The notes beneath the pieces were generated by a model that was not told where the DNA came from, did no database searches, and worked only from the letters and a program-made list of their open reading frames with translations. From assembly GCA_963665115.1 (NCBI GenBank), contig OY762007.1, positions 896,001 through 960,000 of the forward strand: a stretch of DNA of 64,000 nucleotides, read 5' to 3'. Shown here in pieces: positions 1-9,586 of this stretch (positions within the stretch are counted from its first letter, which is position 1; every line of letters starts with the position of its first letter). The stretch comes from an uncultured Rivularia sp. (GTDB lineage: Bacteria; Cyanobacteriota; Cyanobacteriia; Cyanobacteriales; Nostocaceae). The position numbers and the translations under genes are program-made.

Positions 1-610
1 CTGACATACTAGCAGATAACCATACAAACATTTCGACAAAATTCAATCCATTCAGTTTTAAGGGGGTACGCACGGCTAATTGACTTAAGCGCGTCATGTT
101 AGCATTCTCTACTCCTACGGAGAAAAAAGCAACACGTTTACTTGTTTCGTCACCCTGCAACCGCCGCGATGCCTGCTCTACAGTTTCATCCGGTTCTCCT
201 TGTGGCTCGCCATCGGTAATCATAAATATCCAAGGACGATAGTAAGCCACTCCGTTAGAGCGGTACTGAGATTTACGTTCTTGAATCAAGTCTAAAGATT
301 TGTGAATGCCAGCACCCATAGTAGTTAATCCTTGGGCTGTTAATATAGGCGGAGTAAATTGGTCGGCTGTCACAAAATCTTGTACTACGTTTATATTGCT
401 ATCAAAGGTAACTATAGATACTTCGACTCTTCTTGATGCTAATGGATTTTTAGTTAATTCATCCTTAAAACTAAGCAAGCCTTGATTCAATGCTTCTATT
501 GGCGCTCCTTGCATCGAGCCAGATGTATCTAATAACAGTACGCATGGACAACGAGGTTCGGGGTTCTCCGCGAAATCAACTACTTCGTCTAGTCTTAAGG
601 TATCTGACAT
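1..610 (-). CDS. TerY/YegL-like von Willebrand factor A domain protein (3' end runs off the window)
   Basis: Not in the ORF track. Manual translation from ATG at 610 gives MSDTLRLDEVVDFAENPEPRCPCVLLLDTSGSMQG...YYRPWIFMITDGEP...FVWLSASMS, with the MIDAS DTSGS motif and the RPW..TDG motif of TerY-type vWA proteins. Confidence 0.88.
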   Translation of the reverse strand, partial: MSDTLRLDEVVDFAENPEPRCPCVLLLDTSGSMQGAPIEALNQGLLSFKDELTKNPLASRRVEVSIVTFDSNINVVQDFVTADQFTPPILTAQGLTTMGAGIHKSLDLIQERKSQYRSNGVAYYRPWIFMITDGEPQGEPDETVEQASRRLQGDETSKRVAFFSVGVENANMTRLSQLAVRTPLKLNGLNFVEMFVWLSASMS

Positions 611-1214
611 AACTTTCGGTGTTATATTGAAGTTCTAAGGTTTGATTTTCGGTTGTACAAAGTATATAGTTTAAAGCCCCAAAGTAGCCATAGTTGTGGC
701 ACTTTAGACAAAGGATATTTTCATAAAGGTTCGCACATTACTAATGCATTATTACTTATAAAGTTCGATATATCTTGACTATTATTTAGCTAAATCATAA
801 GCAATTTTGTGGATTTTGGATGGCTAATTGTTAATGGCTTTATATACATAATATATCTAGAATACAATAAATTCGTACTTATGCATACGTGGAAACTTAA
901 AGATTAGATGTAGAAAAAACAAATTATTGGATAAAAAAGTGAAGGCTTGAAAAACATATCTTACTAACAAGAGAATTGATTAACTAATATCCTCCACATG
1001 AATAGTAACTTTTAGTTTAATGTATTGAAGATACGCATATTCTCAAAACAAATGTAACAATTAGGCTGTGATGTAATATTTTTAGCTGGTAATATGTCCA
1101 TGTCAGAAGAGGGCAGATTGATTCATACAGAATATCCACTATGTATATACTTAATTAGATTCAATTGATGTTTACAAATATTTTATCTCCTACAACTGTA
1201 ATTCTCTATCCTAT

Positions 1215-2649
1215 ATGAATAATTTTGCGACTTTCACAAAACTGCCTCCCTTAAGTTTGTTAAGACACTTATCTAGTTGCTTCGAGAACACTTGTTTGCA
1301 AGTTCAAAGTCATTCGGTTAACTGGTGGATTTACTTAGAAGAAGGAAAAATCGCTTATGCGACTCATTCTATAGAACCTTTCGATCGACTAGAACGTCAT
1401 TTACGTCGGCTTTCGGTTCAAATTCCCGCTTTAACAAGTGAAATTCGCGTGCAGTTACGCATGATGTTTGAACCAGATTCGCAGCGTTTGTCAGACAGAA
1501 ATGTAGAAGATACATCATATTCAATATCCTCGGCTCAGCCTTCAGATTATCAAGCAATTTGCTGGCTAATTAGTCAAAAATATTTGAATCCAACACAAGC
1601 AGCTATATTAATTCAAGAGTTAGTTAAAGAAGTAATTGAATCATTTTTATTAATAAAAAAAGGTACATACGAATTTCATAAACATTTAAATTTATCCCCG
1701 AAAATTTGCCGACTTGATGCCGAAAAACTATTATCATTTTCTCAGGATAGATTACAAGCTTGGCATAATCTTAATCCTCAAATTACTTCTCCATTTCAAC
1801 GTCCCTATCTATGGATTAATACAAAAACTCAAATACAGAAAATATCGGAAGTTCAGCCGAATTTAGTCAATTGGATGAAGGGTTTTAGTTTGCGTCATCT
1901 TGCTGTAATTATGAATCAAGATGAACTTCAATTAGCACGAAGCTTATACCCCCATATCCAAAGTGGAGCAATTTTATTACACGAACCCGATCCACCATTT
2001 GATAAGCTACCTAAAACTGATGTTCTGTTATCTTATGCTCCTACAAAAATAAGGCAAGGTAATGTTAAAGAAGTAGCTGATACAAGTCATTTAAGAGAAG
2101 CTTTACCAGAAAATACTAAGCAAAAACAAAGCGTCCCCCTTCCAAAGCAGAGAATACCTGTTAATAAGGTAACAATTGCTCCAGTTACCCAACTTTCTTC
2201 CCCTTCTACAGAAAAAGTTGAAAAAGAAATAAAAAAAGATAACATTAAACCTGCTTCTCCTACCGAAACCTTACCACCACAAAAAGTTTACAAAATTGTT
2301 TCTGTAGATGATAGTCCCAGTAATGCTCAAAGAAATTAGTCGTTTTTTAGAAGACGAAAGTTTCTCTGTTGTGACTATAGACAATCCTCTTAAAGCTGTA
2401 ATGTCAGTTATTCGACATCAGCCAGATTTAATTTTGTTAGATTTAAACATGGAAGGAATTGATGGTTATGAATTGTGCCGAATAATACGAAACAACTCTA
2501 AATTCAAGAATACTCCCATAGTTATGGTTACGGGAAGTAAAGGATTTGTAGACAAAGTAAAGGCGAGATTAGTAGGAGCTAGCGGTTATTTAACTAAACC
2601 TTTTACTCGTGCCGATTTACTCAAAATGGTATTTATGCATTTAACTTGA
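1215..2649 (+). CDS. PatA-family response regulator (N-terminal PATAN domain, C-terminal receiver); apparent +1 frameshift
   Basis: ORFs 1215..2339 and 2308..2649 join if one C of CCC at 2316-2318 is removed, giving KIVSVDDSPVMLKEISRFL...PDLILLDLNM...YLTKPF. The N-terminus resembles the PatA family. Confidence 0.85.
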
Positions 2650-2763
2650 TTTGTTGGGGCAATATCAGTTATAAATTCGTGACAAGTCAGCTATAAATGA
2701 TTCATCAAAGCATCGGATTGATTCGAGACTAGGATTACTAAATATGAATACTGAGGAAACAAC

Positions 2764-3126
2764 ATGGCTACAGTTTTAGTTGTTGAAGATACTCCTTCTC
2801 AACTGGAGTTGATGAACATTTTTTTGCAAGAAGCTGGGCATACGGTTCTTCGAGCAACTAATGCTAAAGACGGCTTAGAGAAAGCACGGCTGCATCAGCC
2901 TTCGGCGATTATTACAGATGTAGTAATGCCGGGAATGAGTGGTTTTGAATTTTGTCGTAAGCTAAAAAAAGATATAGATACTAAAAAAATACCGATTATT
3001 TTTTGTAGTTCCAAAAATAAAGATATTGACCGCATCTGGGGAATGAGACAAGGGGCGGATTTTTATCTGACAAAACCTTTCACCAAACAGCAATTAATTG
3101 GTGCGGTGAAATCAATTATCATTTAA
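2764..3126 (+). CDS. CheY/PilH-like single-domain response regulator
   Basis: VLVVEDT, IITDVVMPGMSGFE and WGMRQGADFYLTKPF motifs. Confidence 0.9.
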   Translation: MATVLVVEDTPSQLELMNIFLQEAGHTVLRATNAKDGLEKARLHQPSAIITDVVMPGMSGFEFCRKLKKDIDTKKIPIIFCSSKNKDIDRIWGMRQGADFYLTKPFTKQQLIGAVKSIII

Positions 3127-3641
3127 TAATTTCACTGAACTAATATTATTCTACAGTGCATCTACCTAAAATTCAACATTACTTTGCAAGTGCGTTAACA
3201 AAGTTTAACGCTCAATTTCTATATTCAGGATTTTGTCATTGATTACTTTTATAATTTTTCAGAGTTATCCTACATAAAAATGAAATTAATTCCAAACATT
3301 GGCGTTTGATTAGATACATTTAAAATAACTAATTACTTCTGCAAAACATAGATTATAAACTATTGATACTTAATAGAATGTTCGTTTAATTACTTGTAAA
3401 TAAAAATCGGCAAACTTTACAATCGGTATTCACTTGAACCAGAAACCAGGTTTCATACCAGCGATTTAATTCTCACAATGCTTACAAATATCAGATATTT
3501 GAGAGTGAAATGCTCAACCTTGTATTAACAACCCTTATACCTATTGCCTAATTCCCCATTGCTAATACCCCATTCCCATTTAAAATAGTCTTTGCGTGTT
3601 TATTTAATCGCTATTTTTAATCGGATAATCAAATATATTCC

Positions 3642-6081
3642 ATGCGTATATCTTTAAATTGGTTGCAGGAACTTGTAGAGTTAAAATTAAGTCCGGAAGA
3701 CCTAGCAGAAACACTGACGATGGCGGGGTTTGAAGTCGAAGAGATTGAAGACCGTCGCACTTGGGCTGATGGGGTTGTAATCGGGAAAGTGAAAAGCCGC
3801 GAACAGCACCCGAATGCTGATAAATTAAGCATTTGTCAGGTTGATGTAGGCAAAGGTGAAAATTTAAATATTGTCTGCGGCGCTGCTAATGTTCGTGCAG
3901 ATATATATGTGCCAGTTGCAACCGTAGGTACTTACTTACCAAACAAAGATTTGAAAATTAAACCTGCTAAACTACGCGGGGTACCTTCCCAAGGAATGAT
4001 TTGTTCTTTGCAAGAATTGGGTTTACCTACCGATGTAGATGGAATTCATATTTTTTCTGGGGAAAGCATCCAAATAGGTGATGATGTTCGTCCGCTATTG
4101 GGTTTGGACGATGTGATTTTAGATGTTACCGCTACTGCAAATCGCGCCGATGCTTTGAGTATGGTAGGGATAGCGCGGGAAGTCGCGGCGATAACTGGGG
4201 GTGAACTGAAAATTGCTCAGCCAGAAGAAATATCGGTTCCTCAAGGTGCGGGAAATTTAAGTATAGAAGTTGATGAGACTAAAGCTTGTCCGGCATACAT
4301 TGGAACGGCGATCGCACAAGTTAAAATTGCTCCATCTCCCGACTGGTTGCAGCAACGGTTATTAGCTGCGGGAGTTCGACCAATCAGCAATATAGTTGAT
4401 ATTACTAACTATGTCATGTTGGAATGGGGACAACCGTTACACGCATTTGACCGCACGCGACTGCAAAGTATTGCTGGTAGTGAGGATATTAGTATTGGAG
4501 TGAGGTTTGCGAGTAACGGTGAATCGTTTAAAACACTGGATGGAAAAAACCGCAACTTATCAACTCAGAATTTATTGATTACCGTTAACAATAAACCCGT
4601 GGCTTTAGCGGGAGTCATGGGTGGAGAGGAAAGCGAAGTTCATGACGGCACCGAAAACTTAGTTTTAGAAGCAGCTTTGTTTGACAATGCTGTGATTCGT
4701 CGTTCATCTCGCAGCGTTGGTTTGAGAAGCGAATCCTCTACCAGATACGAACGAGGAGTAAATCACGCCGAGTTGGAAATCGCTTGTCGTCGTGCAATAT
4801 CATTGATAGTAGAAATTGCTGGAGGTACTTTAGCAACTCAAGAGACTTCCGATACCCGCCCCGATGCTTCAGCTTGGACTCGTTCGATTGAATTGCGTTT
4901 GGATCGAGTTAATCAGATACTTGGGCCTGTAGACTTAGGGGAAGAAGAAACCGGAGAAATAAAAGGGGGAGATGTTGAGCGGATTTTAACTGCTTTGGGA
5001 TGTCGGTTAACTGTTTCTGGTGATGGAACATGGGCTGTTAACGTACCTGCATATCGCTACCGTGACTTAGAGCGAGAAATTGATTTAATCGAAGAAATCG
5101 CGCGTTTGTACGGTTACGATAACCTTTGCGATACTTTACCGGAAAAGCCAGAAGTTGGTTATTTACCAACAGATCAAGAATTAATTCGCAAACTACGAGC
5201 CGCATTCCGCGCAACCGGATTAACCGAATTAATGCACTACTCCTTGGTAAAACCGGGAGAAGAGAGACAGGTGGTTTTAAGTAACCCATTGTTTGCAGAA
5301 TATTCAGCATTGCGAACCGATTTGATATCCGGTTTAATTGCTGCATTTCAATACAACATCGAACAAGGAAACGGTGCGCTTAACGGTTTTGAAATCGGAC
5401 GAATTTTCTGGGAAGAAGAAGAAGGTTTTCAAGAAGCAGAAACCGTAGGAGGAATCATCGGAGGTGATATTACTTCCAGCAAGTGGATGAGCGGAGGTAG
5501 TCAAAAATCCATGAGTTGGTTTGAAGCCAAAGGTGTTTTAGAAAGCGTCTTTAAAGTCATGGGATTGCAGGTAGAATATCAGCCAGATAGACGTGACGAT
5601 CGCCTACATCCAGGGCGTACTGCTTCGCTGTGGGTGGGAGGAAACAGCTTAGGGGTATTCGGACAAGTACATCCCCAAATTCGCAGCGAAAAAGATTTAC
5701 CCGATGATATTTATGTATTTCAACTGAGCTTAGAAGTACTTTTAGATGCGATTGACGAAGACGATGTATTGACACCCAAATTCAAAACATTCTCTACCTA
5801 TCCGCCATCCGATCGAGATATAGCCTTCTTCGCACCCGTTAACTTAACAGTCGCCGACATCGAAAAAGCGATTACGAAAGCCGGTAAAAGTTTATTAGAT
5901 TCCGTCGAGTTATTTGACGAATATCAGGGCAAAAACGTACCCGAAGGACAAAGAAGCTTAGCATTTCGGTTAATTTATCGTTTAGGCGATCGCACTCTTA
6001 CCGATGCAGATGTCGAACCAGTTTCACCAAAAAGTTCGAGATACTTTGGTGGAAAAATTTGGGGTAAGTCTCAGGAGTTAA
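3642..6081 (+). CDS. pheT: Phenylalanine--tRNA ligase beta subunit; apparent +1 frameshift near the C-terminus
   Basis: MRISLNWL..., [37 protein letters not shown] and the FDX-ACB domain. Removing one T at 6022-6024 gives the normal ending [19 protein letters not shown] (TAA 6079-6081). Confidence 0.97.
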
Positions 6082-6163
6082 TCAATTATCAATTATCAAT
6101 TATCAATGACCTAAATGATTGATAATTGATAATTGTTCATTGTTCACTGATAATTGAAAAATC

Positions 6164-6433
6164 ATGACTAAATACATAATGTGGGGCAGCTACTGCGAAA
6201 ACGTTTTGGAAAAACGCGCACCATTTCGCCAAGAGCATTTGGATGGATTAAAAAAGCAGAAAGAAGATGGTGTTTTAGTTACATTAGGTCCTACAAAGGA
6301 TAATACTAAAGTTTTTGGAATTTACGAAGCAGATGATGAAGCTGCGGTGCGTAAGTTAGTTGAAAATGATGCTTATTGGAAAAATGGGATTTGGACTGAA
6401 TATTTTGTCAAAGAATGGGTGCAGGCTTTTTAA
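6164..6433 (+). CDS. YciI family protein
   Basis: 89 aa with R..HL, LGP and D.YWKNG motifs typical of YciI. Confidence 0.85.
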   Translation: MTKYIMWGSYCENVLEKRAPFRQEHLDGLKKQKEDGVLVTLGPTKDNTKVFGIYEADDEAAVRKLVENDAYWKNGIWTEYFVKEWVQAF

Positions 6434-6437
6434 AAGG

Positions 6438-6499
6438 TTCGTAGTAGTGCTTCAGCGCCTCATGATTCAGGATTCGGAAGCGCTGAAGCGCAACTACGA
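6438..6499. repeat. Inverted pair of GTAG-type REP-like hairpins (related pair at 54033-54095)
   Basis: cgtagtagtgcttcagcgc...gcgctgaagcgcaactacg lies between convergent genes. Confidence 0.7.
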
Positions 6500-6512
6500 T
6501 CCAAAAAATTCT

Positions 6513-9455
6513 TCACCCTTCCCCATTCCAAGCTCGATAAAAATCACCATAATTCATTTTTTCGGCACAATACCACAGCAGTTTATAACAGTGTCGATCT
6601 TCTTCTAAATTTACGTCGTTAAGTTCTTCTAAGAAACAATCTTTCAACGATGCAATTAATTTTGGCATCTGCTCGTTATCAATAATCTTCTTTAAATCTT
6701 CTGCGGCATTCTTTCTGTCGGAATCTTTTTGTGCTGATTTAAGTATGTTTATTAAAGTATCAAATGCAAGTTGATTTTGCGGTTGTAACTTCGCCAAACT
6801 AGAAGCCCTACGTCTTTTACTATCGTCGTTTTTCGCGGTTGCAATTCCTTCAACTAAAGCTGCAATTGCTTTTTCGTTATTTCTAGATTTATTCCTTGAT
6901 TTTCGCCGTGTTGGTTGATCGTTTCCCTTCGTCTTTTTCGATGCATTTACAGCAAGAGCAAGTTGATTTTCTGGAGCAAGAGTTAATAAATTTTCTGCTG
7001 CATATTGCTTTTGCTGTTTATTTGTTGATGAAGTAATAATTTTTTCTAAAGTTGAAATAGCAATTTGATTTTCAGGTTCGCACTTACCCAAGCTAAACGC
7101 TGCTTTTCTGCGAATGGATTCCTTTTTAGTTGATTGAATGATTTTAATTAAAGCTGTGATGGCGATAGGATTTCCCGCTTCAATTTTTCCTAAACTGTGT
7201 GCTGCTTGCAAGCGAAAGTTTTCATGATAAAAAGATGTAAGAATTTTTTCTAATGTCGAAATCGCTATTTTATTACCAGGATCGAAAAAATTTCCTAAAC
7301 TATAAGCCGCATTCCAGGTATCGAAATCGCTTTGACTCGATGCAATAAACTCTTCTAAAGCAGTAATAGCACAATTGCGATCGGTTTTTAACAAGCTAAC
7401 TCGCGCACCTTCCGCAATTGGCGAAGGATATCTCCACCATCTTTGCTGTGTGGAATGAAAACAACCGAAACGCCATTTTATTAACTGTTTTAAAATTGTT
7501 TCGCACAAAGAACAATCTGCAAATTCAGCGATTCCTTCCGCTGCTAAAAAATAAGCTTGATAGCTATAAAATCCACCGCAACCGTCTTTAAATTCGATTA
7601 AATACTTGATAAATTCCTCTTTGGTTGATTGCGGTACATCATCCCTACCAAACCAGAGTAGAATTACTTCGCGCCATTGGTACTCGAAGATTGGGGGATT
7701 GGAGAGGGGGAGAGGGGTAGAGGGGGGAGAGGGGGGAGAGGGGGGAGAATTTATGAAGAATTGCCAATCGTCGATCGCTAATGCTGCGAAATATTCTTGA
7801 AATGTTGGATGGTAAAAGGCGTATACTTTTTCACCTTGGGTTTCTGATATTCCTACTTGATTAAGCCAGCCGAGCTGAAGTGCTAATTGAAACAAGCCTT
7901 CATCGGGTGCGCCTAATACTTCGCATACAAAACGATGCCTGAGACGGAACTTGGTTTTTTCGTTGGTAATCGCCATTAGTGCAAGTTTGCCTAATGCTTG
8001 ATTTAACTGAGTTCTCTGGGTTGATGTGGTGGGAAATCTATCTTGTTTCCATTCGTAAATTGACTCCACAAATTTTTCGTAAAGCATGGCTTTAGTATTG
8101 GGAAATCCACCGCGTCTTAATCCCCAAATACCACACATCAAAGCTAATCGCAAAGGATTTTTGACGGCATCGCGAATCCTTCTGCGTGCGGGTTGTTCTA
8201 ATTCTGTCCGCAGATTTTCGCCTAATTCTGGATTCTCCTCAAACCAACAATTGATAAATTTCCCCATCAAATCTGAATTATTGGGATTACCATAAGTAAA
8301 ATTTAGGTTGCGAAAAGTATCAAAATCTGACAAAGCATTTTTTCCAGCATCCCAAACATTTAAACGGCAAGTAATAATCACAGATGCATCCGCTACCCAA
8401 CCTTTAAGATAATCGGCAATTTTACTTAAACCCAAGCTTGACTCAATCGCCATTTCATCCACAGCATCCAGCAGCAACCATACACGCCCTTGGTTAAATT
8501 GCTCGCAAAAATCATCTTCCATTTCTGGAGTAATACGACGCTTACGAGTAGCTGCTTTCAACCAATCTTCAATCAAGTAATCTTCTAAACTCTTTCCCTG
8601 TAAATCCGCAAGAGAAATCCAAATCGGTAAATATTCGGTATTATCCGCCAACCAGGTGGCAATTTTTTGTAAAAGCGTAGTTTTCCCTGCACCAGGTTCA
8701 CCTAAAATAGCGATGCGACTATTTTCTTTTGATTGCAACTGCTGTAGGAACTTATCCAACGTCAAAGTTTCACTAACATCACCCTCCTCCGACTCGTATA
8801 ATTGCGAACCTTTTCCCGGATGAACATCACCACCACGTCTTTCACGGCGTGAGCGCTTCACCAAACCCAGGGGAACGTAAACTTCATCTAACGCAAAAGT
8901 TACACCATCCGCACTTGTGAGAGGATTCGTAGTTAATCGTCGGTGATTATCCCTCTCCAAACTTTGACGACAAATTTCCATCCAGTTTAGGGAGGGGGTA
9001 GAAGAAAAATTCTCCTTGTCTCCTTGTCCCCTTGTCCCCTTTTCCTCTTTCCTCAACTCCCATTCTCGATCAAAATTTTCTAAATTAGCTTCCGTTTCCC
9101 AGCGAGAGTGCCAAAGATTTAAGGTAAAATGCCAATTTTCCGAACCCCCACGAGTTGCGCGATTATCTTCGAGAATTTCGAGAAAATCTGTAAACCGCTT
9201 AAGTGCTTCTTTAACTTGTTCGGCTTTCAACGGAGCTTCATTACCTTGCAAACCCGTTAATTCTTGCAAAAACCGAACCTTAGTTCTGATAACCAACCGT
9301 TTTTCTGTTAACCAGCGAACTTGAATATGGGAACGTATTGCATCAACTACAGCTTCGTTGCATACATCAAACTCATCGTTAGCATAAGCCAAAAGTGCAA
9401 ACAGCAAACATTTCGCTCGTTTCTGAACTTGTAAACCATAGCTAACTCTTGCCAT
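6513..9455 (-). CDS. NACHT-family STAND NTPase with C-terminal HEAT/PBS-lyase-like repeats
   Basis: Walker A GEPGAGKTT, Walker B LLLDAVDE, NPLRL, FYHPTFQEYFAA and repeated R..AA.SLGK..P.N..AI units. Likely start is ATG at 9455. Confidence 0.9.
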   Translation of the reverse strand: MARVSYGLQVQKRAKCLLFALLAYANDEFDVCNEAVVDAIRSHIQVRWLTEKRLVIRTKVRFLQELTGLQGNEAPLKAEQVKEALKRFTDFLEILEDNRATRGGSENWHFTLNLWHSRWETEANLENFDREWELRKEEKGTRGQGDKENFSSTPSLNWMEICRQSLERDNHRRLTTNPLTSADGVTFALDEVYVPLGLVKRSRRERRGGDVHPGKGSQLYESEEGDVSETLTLDKFLQQLQSKENSRIAILGEPGAGKTTLLQKIATWLADNTEYLPIWISLADLQGKSLEDYLIEDWLKAATRKRRITPEMEDDFCEQFNQGRVWLLLDAVDEMAIESSLGLSKIADYLKGWVADASVIITCRLNVWDAGKNALSDFDTFRNLNFTYGNPNNSDLMGKFINCWFEENPELGENLRTELEQPARRRIRDAVKNPLRLALMCGIWGLRRGGFPNTKAMLYEKFVESIYEWKQDRFPTTSTQRTQLNQALGKLALMAITNEKTKFRLRHRFVCEVLGAPDEGLFQLALQLGWLNQVGISETQGEKVYAFYHPTFQEYFAALAIDDWQFFINSPPSPPSPPSTPLPLSNPPIFEYQWREVILLWFGRDDVPQSTKEEFIKYLIEFKDGCGGFYSYQAYFLAAEGIAEFADCSLCETILKQLIKWRFGCFHSTQQRWWRYPSPIAEGARVSLLKTDRNCAITALEEFIASSQSDFDTWNAAYSLGNFFDPGNKIAISTLEKILTSFYHENFRLQAAHSLGKIEAGNPIAITALIKIIQSTKKESIRRKAAFSLGKCEPENQIAISTLEKIITSSTNKQQKQYAAENLLTLAPENQLALAVNASKKTKGNDQPTRRKSRNKSRNNEKAIAALVEGIATAKNDDSKRRRASSLAKLQPQNQLAFDTLINILKSAQKDSDRKNAAEDLKKIIDNEQMPKLIASLKDCFLEELNDVNLEEDRHCYKLLWYCAEKMNYGDFYRAWNGEG

Positions 9456-9586
9456 AACAGTTATCAATCAACAATTATCAATTATCAGTTATCAATAACA
9501 ACTAATAACTAAATACTAACTCCTAACTCTCTTTAACTTCTTTCCTCCGCGCTCTTCGCGCTCTAGTAAGGTTTATTCCTAACTGC

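Noticed and set aside
6024..6122. Novel C-terminal extension of PheT
   Set aside because: Produced by the single extra T; the canonical ending is present in the shifted frame
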